NCBI GenBank assembly: GCA_015494465.1
Contig: WGBD01000002.1
Coordinates: 67,683-131,682 of the forward strand
Source of the DNA: Candidatus Omnitrophota bacterium
Lineage (GTDB): Bacteria > Omnitrophota > Gorgyraeia > S143-82
Reading direction: 5' to 3'
DNA: 64,000 bases
The notes beneath the pieces were generated by a model, which had not been told where the DNA came from, did not search any database, and saw only the letters and a list, made by a program, of their open reading frames with translations. This document shows positions 28,640 to 41,145 of the stretch, piece after piece. Every line of letters begins with the position of its first letter. Position 1 is the stretch's first letter. The translations under genes and the position numbers were made by a program.

Positions 28640-29562
28640 CAGATTTTTTGGAATTCTTCCTCTATCAGGCGGATCAATCTCGCGTCCTCTTGGGCCTCCG
28701 CCCCGGGCACGGTGAGATATCCGCCTACCATAAGCCCGTTGGCCCCGCTCAGGAAGGCCAACAACTGCATAGGGCCGAAGACCCGCTCCCTACCGGCGAT
28801 GATGCGTATCTCTTTATCGGGCAGGGCAACCCTGAAGAGGGCAATGGCCTTAAGGGCGGATATCGGATCCAGCGTCTCGAGGCCCTCCAGGGGTGTGCCC
28901 GGGATGGGAATCAGGAAGTTTATCGGGATGGAATCCACATCCAGATCCCGCAGGACCAGGGCCATCTCTATACGGTCTTCCCAATCCTCCCCCATACCTA
29001 TTATACCACCGGAGCAGACCTCAAGTCCCTCCTCTTTGGCCAGACGGATGGTCCTCATCCTGTCCTCAAAGCGGTGGGTGGAGACGATCTTAGGATAGAA
29101 GGAAGGGGATGCCTCTATGTTGTGGTGATAGCGCACCAGCCCCGCGGACTTCAGGGCCCGCAGTTGATCCCGGGAGAGCATCCCCAGAGAGGCGCAGACC
29201 TCCAGCCCAATCGATCTGATCTCAGGGATTACCTCGCATATCCTATCCAGTTCCTCGTCGCTGATACTCTCTCCGCTGGTTACTATACTGAAGCGCTGGG
29301 CGCCAAGGGCCTTCTTGGCCCGGGCGGATTCCAGTATTTCGTCCTTATCCTTTAAAGGATACACCGCTATGTTCGCCCGACTCACCCGGGACTGGGCACA
29401 GTACTTACAATCCCCCGAACAAAGCCCGGAACGGGCGTTCACTATCGAGCAGAGGTACAATCTATTCCCGCAAAACCTGTTGCGCAGTTCGTTGGCAAGG
29501 CATATAATCTCTAAAAGAGGTTTGTGCAACAATTCCTTAAGTTCCCGTTCCATCTCGGCCAT
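28636..29562 (-). CDS. bioB: Biotin synthase (radical SAM)
   Basis: Motif CSGDCKYCAQS plus conserved BioB blocks. 308 aa. Confidence 0.85.
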   Translation of the reverse strand: MAEMERELKELLHKPLLEIICLANELRNRFCGNRLYLCSIVNARSGLCSGDCKYCAQSRVSRANIAVYPLKDKDEILESARAKKALGAQRFSIVTSGESISDEELDRICEVIPEIRSIGLEVCASLGMLSRDQLRALKSAGLVRYHHNIEASPSFYPKIVSTHRFEDRMRTIRLAKEEGLEVCSGGIIGMGEDWEDRIEMALVLRDLDVDSIPINFLIPIPGTPLEGLETLDPISALKAIALFRVALPDKEIRIIAGRERVFGPMQLLAFLSGANGLMVGGYLTVPGAEAQEDARLIRLIEEEFQKIC

Positions 29563-29602
29563 AGCAATCGGATTATAACCCGTTTAACCGAGGAGGTAAA
29601 CT

Positions 29603-30294
29603 ATGCAGTACGGTATAACCAGTCTGGACCAGGCAGAACTGAGGATACGGGAGTTCGTCTCCGGGGTCTACGGATGGATGGCAGGGGGACTGGCCCTGAC
29701 CGCGGTGGTAGCGATGTCCATCGCCAACAACCCCAACGCGGTGATCTTCCTGGCCACCCACCCCTGGATAATGTGGCTCTTGATCATCGCCCAGATCGCC
29801 ATGGTCTTCAGCCTGTCCATCGCCCGGATGTCCGGGATGACCGCCACCATAATCTTCATCCTCTACTCCGGGATGATGGGGGTGACCCTGTCGGGCATAT
29901 TCCTCGTATACACCAAGACCAGTATCGCCCAGGCCTTCTTCACCACCGCGGGGATGTTCGGGATAATGGCGATATACGGTCACACCACCAAGACGGACCT
30001 GACCCGAGTGGGCCAGATAGGGATGATGGCCCTGATAGGGATCATCCTCGCTTCGTTGATAAACCTCTTCTTCCGCTCTTCCACACTCCAGCTCATCATC
30101 TCCGTAATAGGCGTGATCCTGTTTACCGCCCTCACTGCCTACGATAGCCAGAAGATAAAACAAATCGGTTACGAGGCCTACCAGATGGACGAGAACACCC
30201 TGCAAAGGATGACCATACTGGGGGCACTCGTGCTCTATTTGGACTTCGTCAACCTGTTCCTATATCTGTTACAGCTGATGGGCCGAAGGGAAGA

Positions 30295-30298
<4 letters not shown>
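29603..30298 (+). CDS. Bax inhibitor-1/YccA-family membrane protein
   Basis: 231 aa with 7 TM segments and the characteristic N-terminal FVSGVYGWMAGGLALTA and C-terminal charged tail. Confidence 0.75.
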
Positions 30299-33045
<2,747 letters not shown>

Positions 33046-33321
33046 CTATATCGTCGGTAATATGTGGAATCCGCTCTGAGAAGGGATCTCCTCTGCATCG
33101 TCCAAAAACCGTTTATCCCGAATGTATCCCAGGAAGTGCCTCTCCAGATCGCTGAGGAAGCTCTGCAGTTGCTCGGGCTCGCCTTCTACGAACATCTCCA
33201 CCTCACCAGTGCGCAGGTTCCTCACCCAACCCGATACGCCCCACCTGTGGGCCAGCATCTTGGAGGTGTACCGGAACCCTACGCCCTGTACCGTGCCGGA
33301 GAAGACGATGTGCCACTTCAT
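33046..33321 (-). CDS. acyP: Acylphosphatase
   Basis: 91 aa with the signature VQGVGFRY...GWVRN. Confidence 0.85.
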   Translation of the reverse strand: MKWHIVFSGTVQGVGFRYTSKMLAHRWGVSGWVRNLRTGEVEMFVEGEPEQLQSFLSDLERHFLGYIRDKRFLDDAEEIPSQSGFHILPTI

Positions 33322-33362
33322 ATTACGATTATACCACAGGAGCGAGTAGGCGTTGGACGGGC

Positions 33363-34124
33363 TTACTCCCGGCGGACTGGGGCAGGTTGAACCAAGTCAT
33401 CTTGGGCAGTGGTTTTAGATCTCATCCGCCACCATAGGAGCTTGCTGATGAGGATCAGATAGAGAACGACCTCCTTCCAATCCAACTTGCTTTGGCCGTA
33501 ATGGCGCACGCCAAAGTGAATCGGGACCTCCACCACCTTCGCGGACCTGGCCTTTACCAGTATCTCCAGCAGTACCTTGTATCCGATCAGATACCAGTCC
33601 GAGATCGACTCCAAGACCCAGCGCTTCACCGCAAAGAACCCGCTCATCGGATCCTTGACCGGCGTAAATGGGGAGGCCAAAAGGGTGGCTACATGGGACA
33701 TCAGGTTTCGGTTGTGGCTCCACTTGGGATCTATGTCTCCACCCACGAAGCGACTGCCCACCACTACATCTGCCCCCTTTTCCAGTTCCTCTATCATCCT
33801 AGGGATCACCTCGGGGTCGTGCTGGCCGTCCGCATCCAGACACACCAGGTAATCACCTTCCGAGGAGAGAAAGCCCGTTAGGACCGCAGAGGCAAGTCCC
33901 ATCTTCTTGGGCCTGCGGATCAGCTTTATGGGATAGGTAGCGCTCATCGCCTTCACTACCTCGTAGGTGCGATCAGGGGAGTTGTCGTCTACGACCACTA
34001 TCTCGTAATCGTAGGGCTCCAAGGTGTAGGCGATCTTGCTCAAGAGAGGCCCGATGTTCTCCCTCTCGTTGTAAGAGGCGAGGACCACCGAGATCTTGGG
34101 TGAGTTGCCCAAATCAGCCTTCAA
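33363..34124 (-). CDS. GT2 glycosyltransferase, polyprenol-phosphate mannosyl/glucosyltransferase-like (Dpm1/Ppm1-like)
   Basis: ISVVLASYNERENI and DYEIVVVDDNSPDRT, followed by a DAD-type DxD motif (CLDADGQHDP). Confidence 0.75.
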   Translation of the reverse strand: MKADLGNSPKISVVLASYNERENIGPLLSKIAYTLEPYDYEIVVVDDNSPDRTYEVVKAMSATYPIKLIRRPKKMGLASAVLTGFLSSEGDYLVCLDADGQHDPEVIPRMIEELEKGADVVVGSRFVGGDIDPKWSHNRNLMSHVATLLASPFTPVKDPMSGFFAVKRWVLESISDWYLIGYKVLLEILVKARSAKVVEVPIHFGVRHYGQSKLDWKEVVLYLILISKLLWWRMRSKTTAQDDLVQPAPVRRE

Positions 34125-35307
34125 AAGGTAGCCCCCACAGTTTTATGAAGCCTTCCGCTGCGGAGTGATCGAAGGTGTCGGATTCGTCGTAAGAGGCAAG
34201 GCTCTTCTTGTAGCGGGTGTAAGGGGACTTCCTCCCTACCACCTGGACCCAACCCGGACCTATCTTAAGCCTTACCACACCGCTGACCCTCTCCTGAGTG
34301 ACGTCCACGAACGCGCTCATCGCCCGGCGCAGGGGTGAATACCACAGGCCGTAATAGACCAGCTGGGCAAATCGATTGGCCATGTTGTCCTTGAAGAACA
34401 GGGTATCCCTATCCAGGACCAACATCTCCAATTCCCTGTGGGCAAGGTACAATATGTGACCTGCCGGTGCCTCGTAGACCTCACGGGACTTTATCCCTAC
34501 CAACCTATCCTCCACCATGTCTATCCTGCCCACGCCGTACTCTCCGCCTAGCTTGTTCAGTTCCTTGATAAGCGATTCGCCGGAAAGCCTTTTGCCATTG
34601 AGGGCAACGGGTATCCCCTTGCGAAATTCTATCTCCACATAGGTCGGGCTCTTCCTCACCTCTGCGGGGTCCTTGGTGATCTGGAAGGCATCCTTGGGTG
34701 GCTCCGCATAGGGATCCTCCAAGATACCGCACTCTATGCTCACCCCCCACAGATTCTCGTCTATGCTGTAGACCTTCTTCTTGCTGACATCTATGGGGAT
34801 ACCGTGGAGTCGGCAGTAATCCACCTCCTCTTCTCGGGAGCGAAACTCCCACTCCCTGACCGGGGCTATTATCTTCAACTTGGGATCCAGCATCCTGACC
34901 GCCAGCTCTATACGCACCTGATCGTTGCCCTTCCCCGTACATCCGTGGGCGACTGCAACTGCCCCTTCCTTGTGGGCCACCTCTACCAGGTACTTACCTA
35001 TGAGTGGCCTGCCCAGGGCGGTGGCGAGGTAATACTTCCCCTCGTAGACCGCCCCTGCCTTTAAGGTGGGCCAGATGAAGTCTTCTATGAACTCCTTGCG
35101 CAGGTTCTTCACATACAACTTGGTGGCCCCGGCAGCCTTTGCCCGCTTCCGGGCGATCTCGACATCCAAGGCCTGTCCCAGATCCGCCATAAAGCAGACC
35201 ACATCCCAGCCCCGATCCTTCAACCAGCGCACACAACAGGAGGTATCCAGGCCCCCCGAATAGGCCAAGACGACCTTCTTATTCTTCTTTCTCACGCTTT
35301 TTGCCAT
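34114..35307 (-). CDS. argG: Argininosuccinate synthase
   Basis: N-terminal PP-loop VVLAYSGGLDTS plus conserved ArgG blocks. 397 aa. Confidence 0.9.
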   Translation of the reverse strand: MAKSVRKKNKKVVLAYSGGLDTSCCVRWLKDRGWDVVCFMADLGQALDVEIARKRAKAAGATKLYVKNLRKEFIEDFIWPTLKAGAVYEGKYYLATALGRPLIGKYLVEVAHKEGAVAVAHGCTGKGNDQVRIELAVRMLDPKLKIIAPVREWEFRSREEEVDYCRLHGIPIDVSKKKVYSIDENLWGVSIECGILEDPYAEPPKDAFQITKDPAEVRKSPTYVEIEFRKGIPVALNGKRLSGESLIKELNKLGGEYGVGRIDMVEDRLVGIKSREVYEAPAGHILYLAHRELEMLVLDRDTLFFKDNMANRFAQLVYYGLWYSPLRRAMSAFVDVTQERVSGVVRLKIGPGWVQVVGRKSPYTRYKKSLASYDESDTFDHSAAEGFIKLWGLPFEG

Positions 35308-37498
35308 CCTCGTTACCTCCTATGGTCCTAGCGATTATATCATTCCAAAACCCGTGAGGATAGTTCTCGCAGTTTACCGCATCGGTCAACACGCAATTGA
35401 CGAATTCCGGATAGGGGATATTTGCCCCCTCAGCCTTGGAGTTGACGCTTCCTACCAGATAGGCCTTGGCATCTACTTTCTGGCCCAGATGGTATAGGGC
35501 AACCCCTTGATTGAAAAGGTTTATGTCCAGACGGTGGGCAAAGCGGAAGATCAACCGTTCCCAGTTGAGGGCCAATCGGTACTTTCCCTCTTCGTAGAGG
35601 TCCTCCGCATGCCTCCGAGCAAGGAACAGAACGGTGGAGAGGTAGACCGAGGGCATTCGCTCCAGGGCGCTGAGGGAACCGATGTAGGTGCGATAACCGT
35701 AGTGGTAATCGCTTTCCGCCAAGAGTATGGTATTCATGTGCTCGCTTACGCTGTCGTACCAGGCCTTGTGTACCTCCTTGGCGATCTCCAGGACCTTCTT
35801 GCACTCTTCTATGTGCCCGGTGTAAAGGAGGAACCTCAACATCACATCCTGGGTGTAGCGGAACAACACGAACTCCCGTTTAAACTTATCCCAATCGGGA
35901 TCGTGCCAACCCAGCTCTGGAGCAACGCCCTTTCTGACCAAGGCCACACCCCCGGTGTCCCAGTAGACGGGTCTCCAGTCAGGCTGATCCAGGAGCATCC
36001 ACAACAATCCCCAGTGGGTATAGGAGATAAGGGCGACATCCGCCTCCTTTAGCACCTCCTGGATGGGGATGCCCATCTTCTCGTACCGGCCGGTGCTCAT
36101 GTTGTAATAATCCATAAAGTGCTTGCCCATACGGGTATCGATGAAGACCTTGAACTTGGGATAGCCCTTCAACATAACATAGGAACCCACTCCGTAGCTG
36201 TTGATCATCTTGTAAGGGCCACCCGGGAGGTTCTTCTTCAAGAACTCCAGCTCCCGCACCGGCACCCAAGGCCCGTCGCCCACATAGGTGTAACTGGGGA
36301 TCCGTTCTACGCACCCCACCAACAGGAAGTAGATAAAAATCACCGAGACGAGTTCCATCAGGTACCACCAAAGAGTCTTCCACTTCAGCCCTCTGAGCCA
36401 ATAGGTCAAAGAGAAGGCAGAGAAAACCCCAAAGGTGTAGGTGAACCTACCGAACGACAAGGACAGCTTCGCAAATACCAATCCCAGCACCAGTAGGTCC
36501 CAGGGACATGACCTTAAGGCCTCGAAAAGGGAATCCTTATCTCGAGATTCCCAATACCGCCTCAATCCTGGATAGGCCAACGCCCCGAAGACGACGACTA
36601 TGGAGATCAGGCCAAAGAGAAATCCCAAGAAGTACATGCTGTTCAGGTTCGGCTTCAAGGGGGAAAAGGCCATTATGTGCTTCGCACTCTCTGCCAAAGG
36701 CTCGTTGGGCCCAAGGCCGATTATTTTCAGCAGGGCCTTGCCCACGAACTTGGAGGCGATAAACCTGGCATAGAACAGGGGCTTGGGAGTAATGAACAAG
36801 GCGACAGAAGAAAGTACCCACATCAGGAACAAGTGCTTTCCCAGTCTGCGATTACCGTTCAGGAAGAACTCCACGAAGGCCATGAGAAGGATCGTCCCCC
36901 AACCGATGACCACTGCGATGTGGGAATTGGCCCAGATCAAGGTGATGAGGGGAATAGACCACAGGAGCTTTAGTCGTCCCGTGAGCTTAGCGAAGTAATA
37001 GACGAAGACGAGGGCGGAAAACAGAGGTGCGGAAAACATGTCCGCCTTCAGCATCATCCCGTTTCTGCTCAGCATCAACATCAACAGGAGTAGATAGAGA
37101 AAGGTGATCCGAATACTGGACCTGGCTTCGTAGGCCAAGACGAAGAGAAGGATACCCATGAAGAACAACAACAAGATCCTCAAGGAATATATGTAGGTGA
37201 GCTCCTCTCCTCCCAGTTTGTACAAGAGATAAAAGCTCACCTGGGGAATCCAAGCGGGGTACAGTCCCACATCCGAGTAGTGGACCCAGGTGAAGTCGTT
37301 CTCGTCTACTCTCAAGCTCTTGTGTCTCAGGATCTCCTTCCCGTAGGCAGTGTGGAAGTAGATGTCCCCGTCTATCGTGGCATTAGAATACAACAGGATC
37401 AAGGCTATAAAGGACAAAGCCACCAAACAGGCAAAGGCCACCTTTTGAAACAACGAGAGAAGATTAGCGTCTTTCCACATTGCTATTCGCATCTGCAT
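35279..37498 (-). CDS. Large polytopic membrane protein, putative GT-C-fold (PMT/ArnT-like) glycosyltransferase
   Basis: 739 aa with ~11-13 TM helices and a first-loop acidic motif IDGDIYFHTAYGKE resembling the DE/DxD loop-1 motif of GT-C enzymes. The soluble C-terminal domain is large. Confidence 0.4.
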   Translation of the reverse strand: MQMRIAMWKDANLLSLFQKVAFACLVALSFIALILLYSNATIDGDIYFHTAYGKEILRHKSLRVDENDFTWVHYSDVGLYPAWIPQVSFYLLYKLGGEELTYIYSLRILLLFFMGILLFVLAYEARSSIRITFLYLLLLMLMLSRNGMMLKADMFSAPLFSALVFVYYFAKLTGRLKLLWSIPLITLIWANSHIAVVIGWGTILLMAFVEFFLNGNRRLGKHLFLMWVLSSVALFITPKPLFYARFIASKFVGKALLKIIGLGPNEPLAESAKHIMAFSPLKPNLNSMYFLGFLFGLISIVVVFGALAYPGLRRYWESRDKDSLFEALRSCPWDLLVLGLVFAKLSLSFGRFTYTFGVFSAFSLTYWLRGLKWKTLWWYLMELVSVIFIYFLLVGCVERIPSYTYVGDGPWVPVRELEFLKKNLPGGPYKMINSYGVGSYVMLKGYPKFKVFIDTRMGKHFMDYYNMSTGRYEKMGIPIQEVLKEADVALISYTHWGLLWMLLDQPDWRPVYWDTGGVALVRKGVAPELGWHDPDWDKFKREFVLFRYTQDVMLRFLLYTGHIEECKKVLEIAKEVHKAWYDSVSEHMNTILLAESDYHYGYRTYIGSLSALERMPSVYLSTVLFLARRHAEDLYEEGKYRLALNWERLIFRFAHRLDINLFNQGVALYHLGQKVDAKAYLVGSVNSKAEGANIPYPEFVNCVLTDAVNCENYPHGFWNDIIARTIGGNEDGKKREKEE

Positions 37499-38307
37499 GT
37501 GCCTGTTCCCCCCCAGTTTACCCAGACATACTGCTTGTTATCGTCGTCGCCCACTTCCAACTTCACCATCTGCTTCAGGACATTGACCTCCACTACTTTC
37601 CCCTTCTCCCCCTCAAGCCTCACTACTTGCCCAAGCTTAGGCATATCCTTCAAGGCCTCTCTATACAGGTCCCATTCGTATCCCAGACAGCACATCAACC
37701 TACCGCATATCCCGGATATCTTATTAGGATTCAAGGAGAGGTTCTGATCCTTTGCCATCTTTATGGACATGGACCTGAACTCCCGCAGGAACAGGGAACA
37801 ACACACCTCCCGTCCACAGATTCCCAGGCCTCCTAGCATCTTTGCCCCGTCGCGCACCCCTATCTGGCGCATCTCTATCCGGGTTCTAAAGGTCCGGGCA
37901 AGGTCCCGCACTAACTGGCGAAAGTCCACCCTCTCCTCGGATACGAAGTAGACGATGAGCTTTCCCTTATCGAAGGTATACTCCGCAGATATGAGGTTCA
38001 TGTCCAGGTTGTGATAGTTGATCTTGTCCTTGATTATCCGCAGGACCTCGGGTATAGAGGCCTGCAAAGACTCGATCTTCTCCTTATCCTCTTCACTGGC
38101 CTTCCTGACGATCTGATGTACTGGACTGACCGGCTCTTCTAAGAAAAGAGAAGAGACCACCTCACCCCAATCCGTGCCCTTGTCGTCCTTCAGTATCACC
38201 AGATCGTCTGCAGATATGTCTTCTTCACAGGCCTTTCGGGCGTAAACTACCGGCCCGTGTCTCCTTATCCTGACCTGATAGAGTATCTCCTCACTCATCT
38301 CGCACAC
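37483..38307 (-). CDS. ricT: PSP1 C-terminal domain protein (RicT/YaaT-like)
   Basis: PSP1 Cys motifs GICGREVCCSLF and GICGRLMCCLGYE. Conserved synteny downstream of holB. Confidence 0.8.
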   Translation of the reverse strand: MCEMSEEILYQVRIRRHGPVVYARKACEEDISADDLVILKDDKGTDWGEVVSSLFLEEPVSPVHQIVRKASEEDKEKIESLQASIPEVLRIIKDKINYHNLDMNLISAEYTFDKGKLIVYFVSEERVDFRQLVRDLARTFRTRIEMRQIGVRDGAKMLGGLGICGREVCCSLFLREFRSMSIKMAKDQNLSLNPNKISGICGRLMCCLGYEWDLYREALKDMPKLGQVVRLEGEKGKVVEVNVLKQMVKLEVGDDDNKQYVWVNWGGTGTCRCE

Positions 38308-39140
38308 TCCATTCCCGCTGAAAGCCTGGCCTCGAGCAGAGCGAGGTTGGCCATCTCCGCATTGGCGTAGGCCTCAAAGACCAACTCACCTGCCCCTATC
38401 CAGGCGCCTATGTCCCTGCAAGATTTGTCGAACAGCCCATAGGCCACCTCTTTTACAACCCGATTCGCCAAGGCATCGTGCAGGGCCATCGCGTAATAGC
38501 GCATCCCTAAGTCCACCCTCGCCCTATCCTTTATCAACTGAGGGCGCCCCCGTATCGTGCCCATCGCTTTACGAAACTTTTCTTTAGCCGAGTCCAGATC
38601 TTCGTCCAACAAGGGTCTAAATCTCCCTTCGCTGTAGCGCCAATCCGCCCTCTCACAATTCACCTTAGGCACCCCAAAACGCAAGGACAGACACCGCGAA
38701 CGGATGGTCGCCGGGACCCGGGAAGGCCTGCTGGTTATTAAGATAAAGACCAGCTCCCCGGGAGGCTCCTCCAGGAGTTTGAGAAAGGCGTTGGCGCAGA
38801 CCGCATTCATCCTGTGGGCGTCGTCTATCAACGCGAACTTCCGCTCTCCGTAGGCAGGGCGTTTGTAGGCAAACTCCCTGATCGCGGAAAGGTCCCCTAC
38901 GAGGATCTCGTCCCCGTTCTTTTCCAGGAAGAGGACATCCGGGTGGGCGCCCATCTCTATCAAGCGATGTTGATCCGCAGGATAAAAGGTCTTGATCCAG
39001 ATCTTGGCCAGGAGCCGTTTCCCCACCCCTTCGGGACCAACGAACAGAAGTCCCCGGGGGATAGTTCCCTTATCCCGCAAGGTGGCAAGGAACCTCCACT
39101 GGACCTCGTGGCCTATAACCTCTTTTTCACTTCCTGCCAT
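38295..39140 (-). CDS. holB: DNA polymerase III delta' subunit
   Basis: AAA+ clamp-loader fold with GLLFVGPEGVGK. It lies between tmk and ricT, as in Firmicutes. Confidence 0.75.
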   Translation of the reverse strand: MAGSEKEVIGHEVQWRFLATLRDKGTIPRGLLFVGPEGVGKRLLAKIWIKTFYPADQHRLIEMGAHPDVLFLEKNGDEILVGDLSAIREFAYKRPAYGERKFALIDDAHRMNAVCANAFLKLLEEPPGELVFILITSRPSRVPATIRSRCLSLRFGVPKVNCERADWRYSEGRFRPLLDEDLDSAKEKFRKAMGTIRGRPQLIKDRARVDLGMRYYAMALHDALANRVVKEVAYGLFDKSCRDIGAWIGAGELVFEAYANAEMANLALLEARLSAGMECAR

Positions 39141-39718
39141 ACCTCTTCACACACCTCCTCTAACGGCCTCCGAGAGTCCACCAACAGCATCCTCTCCGGG
39201 AAGACCTCTACCAAGTCTCTATAGGCCTGAATGACCTTCTCTAGAAAGTGGACCCCTCGGGACTCTACCTTGTCCTTCTCCCTAGCCTCCAATCTGGCGA
39301 GGATGTCCTCGACATCCGAATCCAAGACCACGGTAAAGGTCGGGAACACCGATCCAAAGAACTCTACTAAGACCCTCAAGACCTTATCCACCCCCAACCC
39401 CATTACCGCCCCTTGATACACGAGGGTAGAATCCACATAGCGGTCCATCACCACTATCTTGCCTGCCTTCAGGGCAGGCAAAATCAACTCCTCCACCAAC
39501 TGGGCCCTCGCGGACAGGTATAGGAACAACTCCGCCTTGGGACAGATGTTGATGGACTCGTCGCGCAACAACAACAGACGGATCCTCTCACCCAGCCCCG
39601 TGGAGCCTGGCTCCCTCACCAAGAGGACCTCTCTACCCATCTCTTGGAGCCTGTCCTTTATGTATCCCGCGACGGAACTCTTCCCGGTCCCGTCAGCGCC
39701 TTCCACTGAGATAATCAT
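39113..39718 (-). CDS. tmk: Thymidylate kinase
   Basis: P-loop IISVEGADGTGKSS and LVREPGSTGLGERIR. Confidence 0.85.
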   Translation of the reverse strand: MIISVEGADGTGKSSVAGYIKDRLQEMGREVLLVREPGSTGLGERIRLLLLRDESINICPKAELFLYLSARAQLVEELILPALKAGKIVVMDRYVDSTLVYQGAVMGLGVDKVLRVLVEFFGSVFPTFTVVLDSDVEDILARLEAREKDKVESRGVHFLEKVIQAYRDLVEVFPERMLLVDSRRPLEEVCEEVWQEVKKRL

Positions 39719-41115
39719 TTATAGAACCACCTACTCCCTTGCTTGGTATCCTCCAGCCCTATTCCCCGCTGGGACAGGAGCTCCCGTATCTCGTCCGCCA
39801 GAGCGAACTCCTTATGCTCCCTTAACTTTTGGCGAGCAGAGACCAAGGCCTGCAAGAGGGCCTCGTCAAGACCACCGATTCCGCTCTTTATCTCGGGTTC
39901 AATAAACAAGGTCTGGAAGACCTCGGAGGCAGAGAATAGTAACTCCTTTGAGGACCGCCCCTCTTTTAATGCCTCCATACTCTCACCGATGACCCTGAAG
40001 AGCACGCCAAGGGCCTTTGGGGTGTTAAGGTCGTCCGCCAGGGCCTTCCTCACCTCCCAGCGCAGTTCCCTAGCCAGACTGTCCAGCTCCTGGGAACGAG
40101 AGCCCTGACGCAGTAAGAGGGCGTACCAGAGGTCTATCCTCTCCTGCATCCGGGCGACCTCCTTCATCTTCTCTTCGGAGAAGTCTATCGGACTGCGGTA
40201 GTGGGAGGTAAGATACCACAGCCTCCAATACCGGGCAGGATACCGGGAGAGTGCATCTTTTAAGGTGAGGAAGTTCCCCAGGGACTTGGACATCTTCTCG
40301 CCCTCTACCGTCACCATTCCGTGATGTATCCAGTATCGGGCGAACTCACCGCCTATAACCGGTTCCGCCTCTGCAATCTCGTTCTCGTGGTGGGGGAATA
40401 TCAGGTCCAGCCCCCCGCCATGTATGTCAAACCCCGGGCCCAAGAGATTCGTGCTCATCACTGCGCACTCCAGATGCCAGCCCGGCCGACCCAATCCCCA
40501 AGGACTGGGCCAAGCCGGCTCACCCTCCTTTTTCGCCTTCCAGAGGGCAAAGTCCAGGGGATCGCGCTTGTCCTCCTCTATCTCCTTCCTCACGCCTTGG
40601 GCCAACTCCTCTAGCCTCCTGCCCGACAACTTTCCGTAACCCCTAAACCTCTGCACCGAGTAGTAGACATTGCCCTGATCCGTCGCGTAGGCATACCCCA
40701 GAGAGATTAATCTCTCGACGAACCCTATCATCTCCTCTATGTACTCCGTGGCCCGGGGCTCGACATCCGCCAGAGGAAGGCCGAGGCCTGCGAGGTCCTG
40801 CCGGTAGGAATCTATGTACTCCTCAACGAAGTCGTTCAGAGCCTCGATGGTGACCTCCCGTCCACCGATCCGTTCCCTTATCCGAGCTATAATCTTGTCG
40901 TCCACATCGGTTATGTTCCTGACGAACCTCACCTCGTAGCCCTCTCCTTCCAGAAAACGCTTCAGAAGAGAAAAGACGAAGAGGCTCCTCCCGTGCCCGA
41001 TGTGGCAGTGATCGTACACCGTCACCCCGCAGGCGTACATACCCACCCGGTGCGGGGTCTTAGGGAGGAATACCTCCTTCTTCCCTCCAAGGGTATTCAA
41101 CAAAGATATCTCCAT
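39715..41115 (-). CDS. cysS: Cysteine--tRNA ligase
   Basis: HIGH motif (CHIGHGRS), KMSKS motif, and a Zn-binding Cys residue. 466 aa. Confidence 0.9.
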   Translation of the reverse strand: MEISLLNTLGGKKEVFLPKTPHRVGMYACGVTVYDHCHIGHGRSLFVFSLLKRFLEGEGYEVRFVRNITDVDDKIIARIRERIGGREVTIEALNDFVEEYIDSYRQDLAGLGLPLADVEPRATEYIEEMIGFVERLISLGYAYATDQGNVYYSVQRFRGYGKLSGRRLEELAQGVRKEIEEDKRDPLDFALWKAKKEGEPAWPSPWGLGRPGWHLECAVMSTNLLGPGFDIHGGGLDLIFPHHENEIAEAEPVIGGEFARYWIHHGMVTVEGEKMSKSLGNFLTLKDALSRYPARYWRLWYLTSHYRSPIDFSEEKMKEVARMQERIDLWYALLLRQGSRSQELDSLARELRWEVRKALADDLNTPKALGVLFRVIGESMEALKEGRSSKELLFSASEVFQTLFIEPEIKSGIGGLDEALLQALVSARQKLREHKEFALADEIRELLSQRGIGLEDTKQGSRWFYK

Positions 41116-41145
41116 AACCGGCTCCTAAGGTAAAATAGCCTAATA

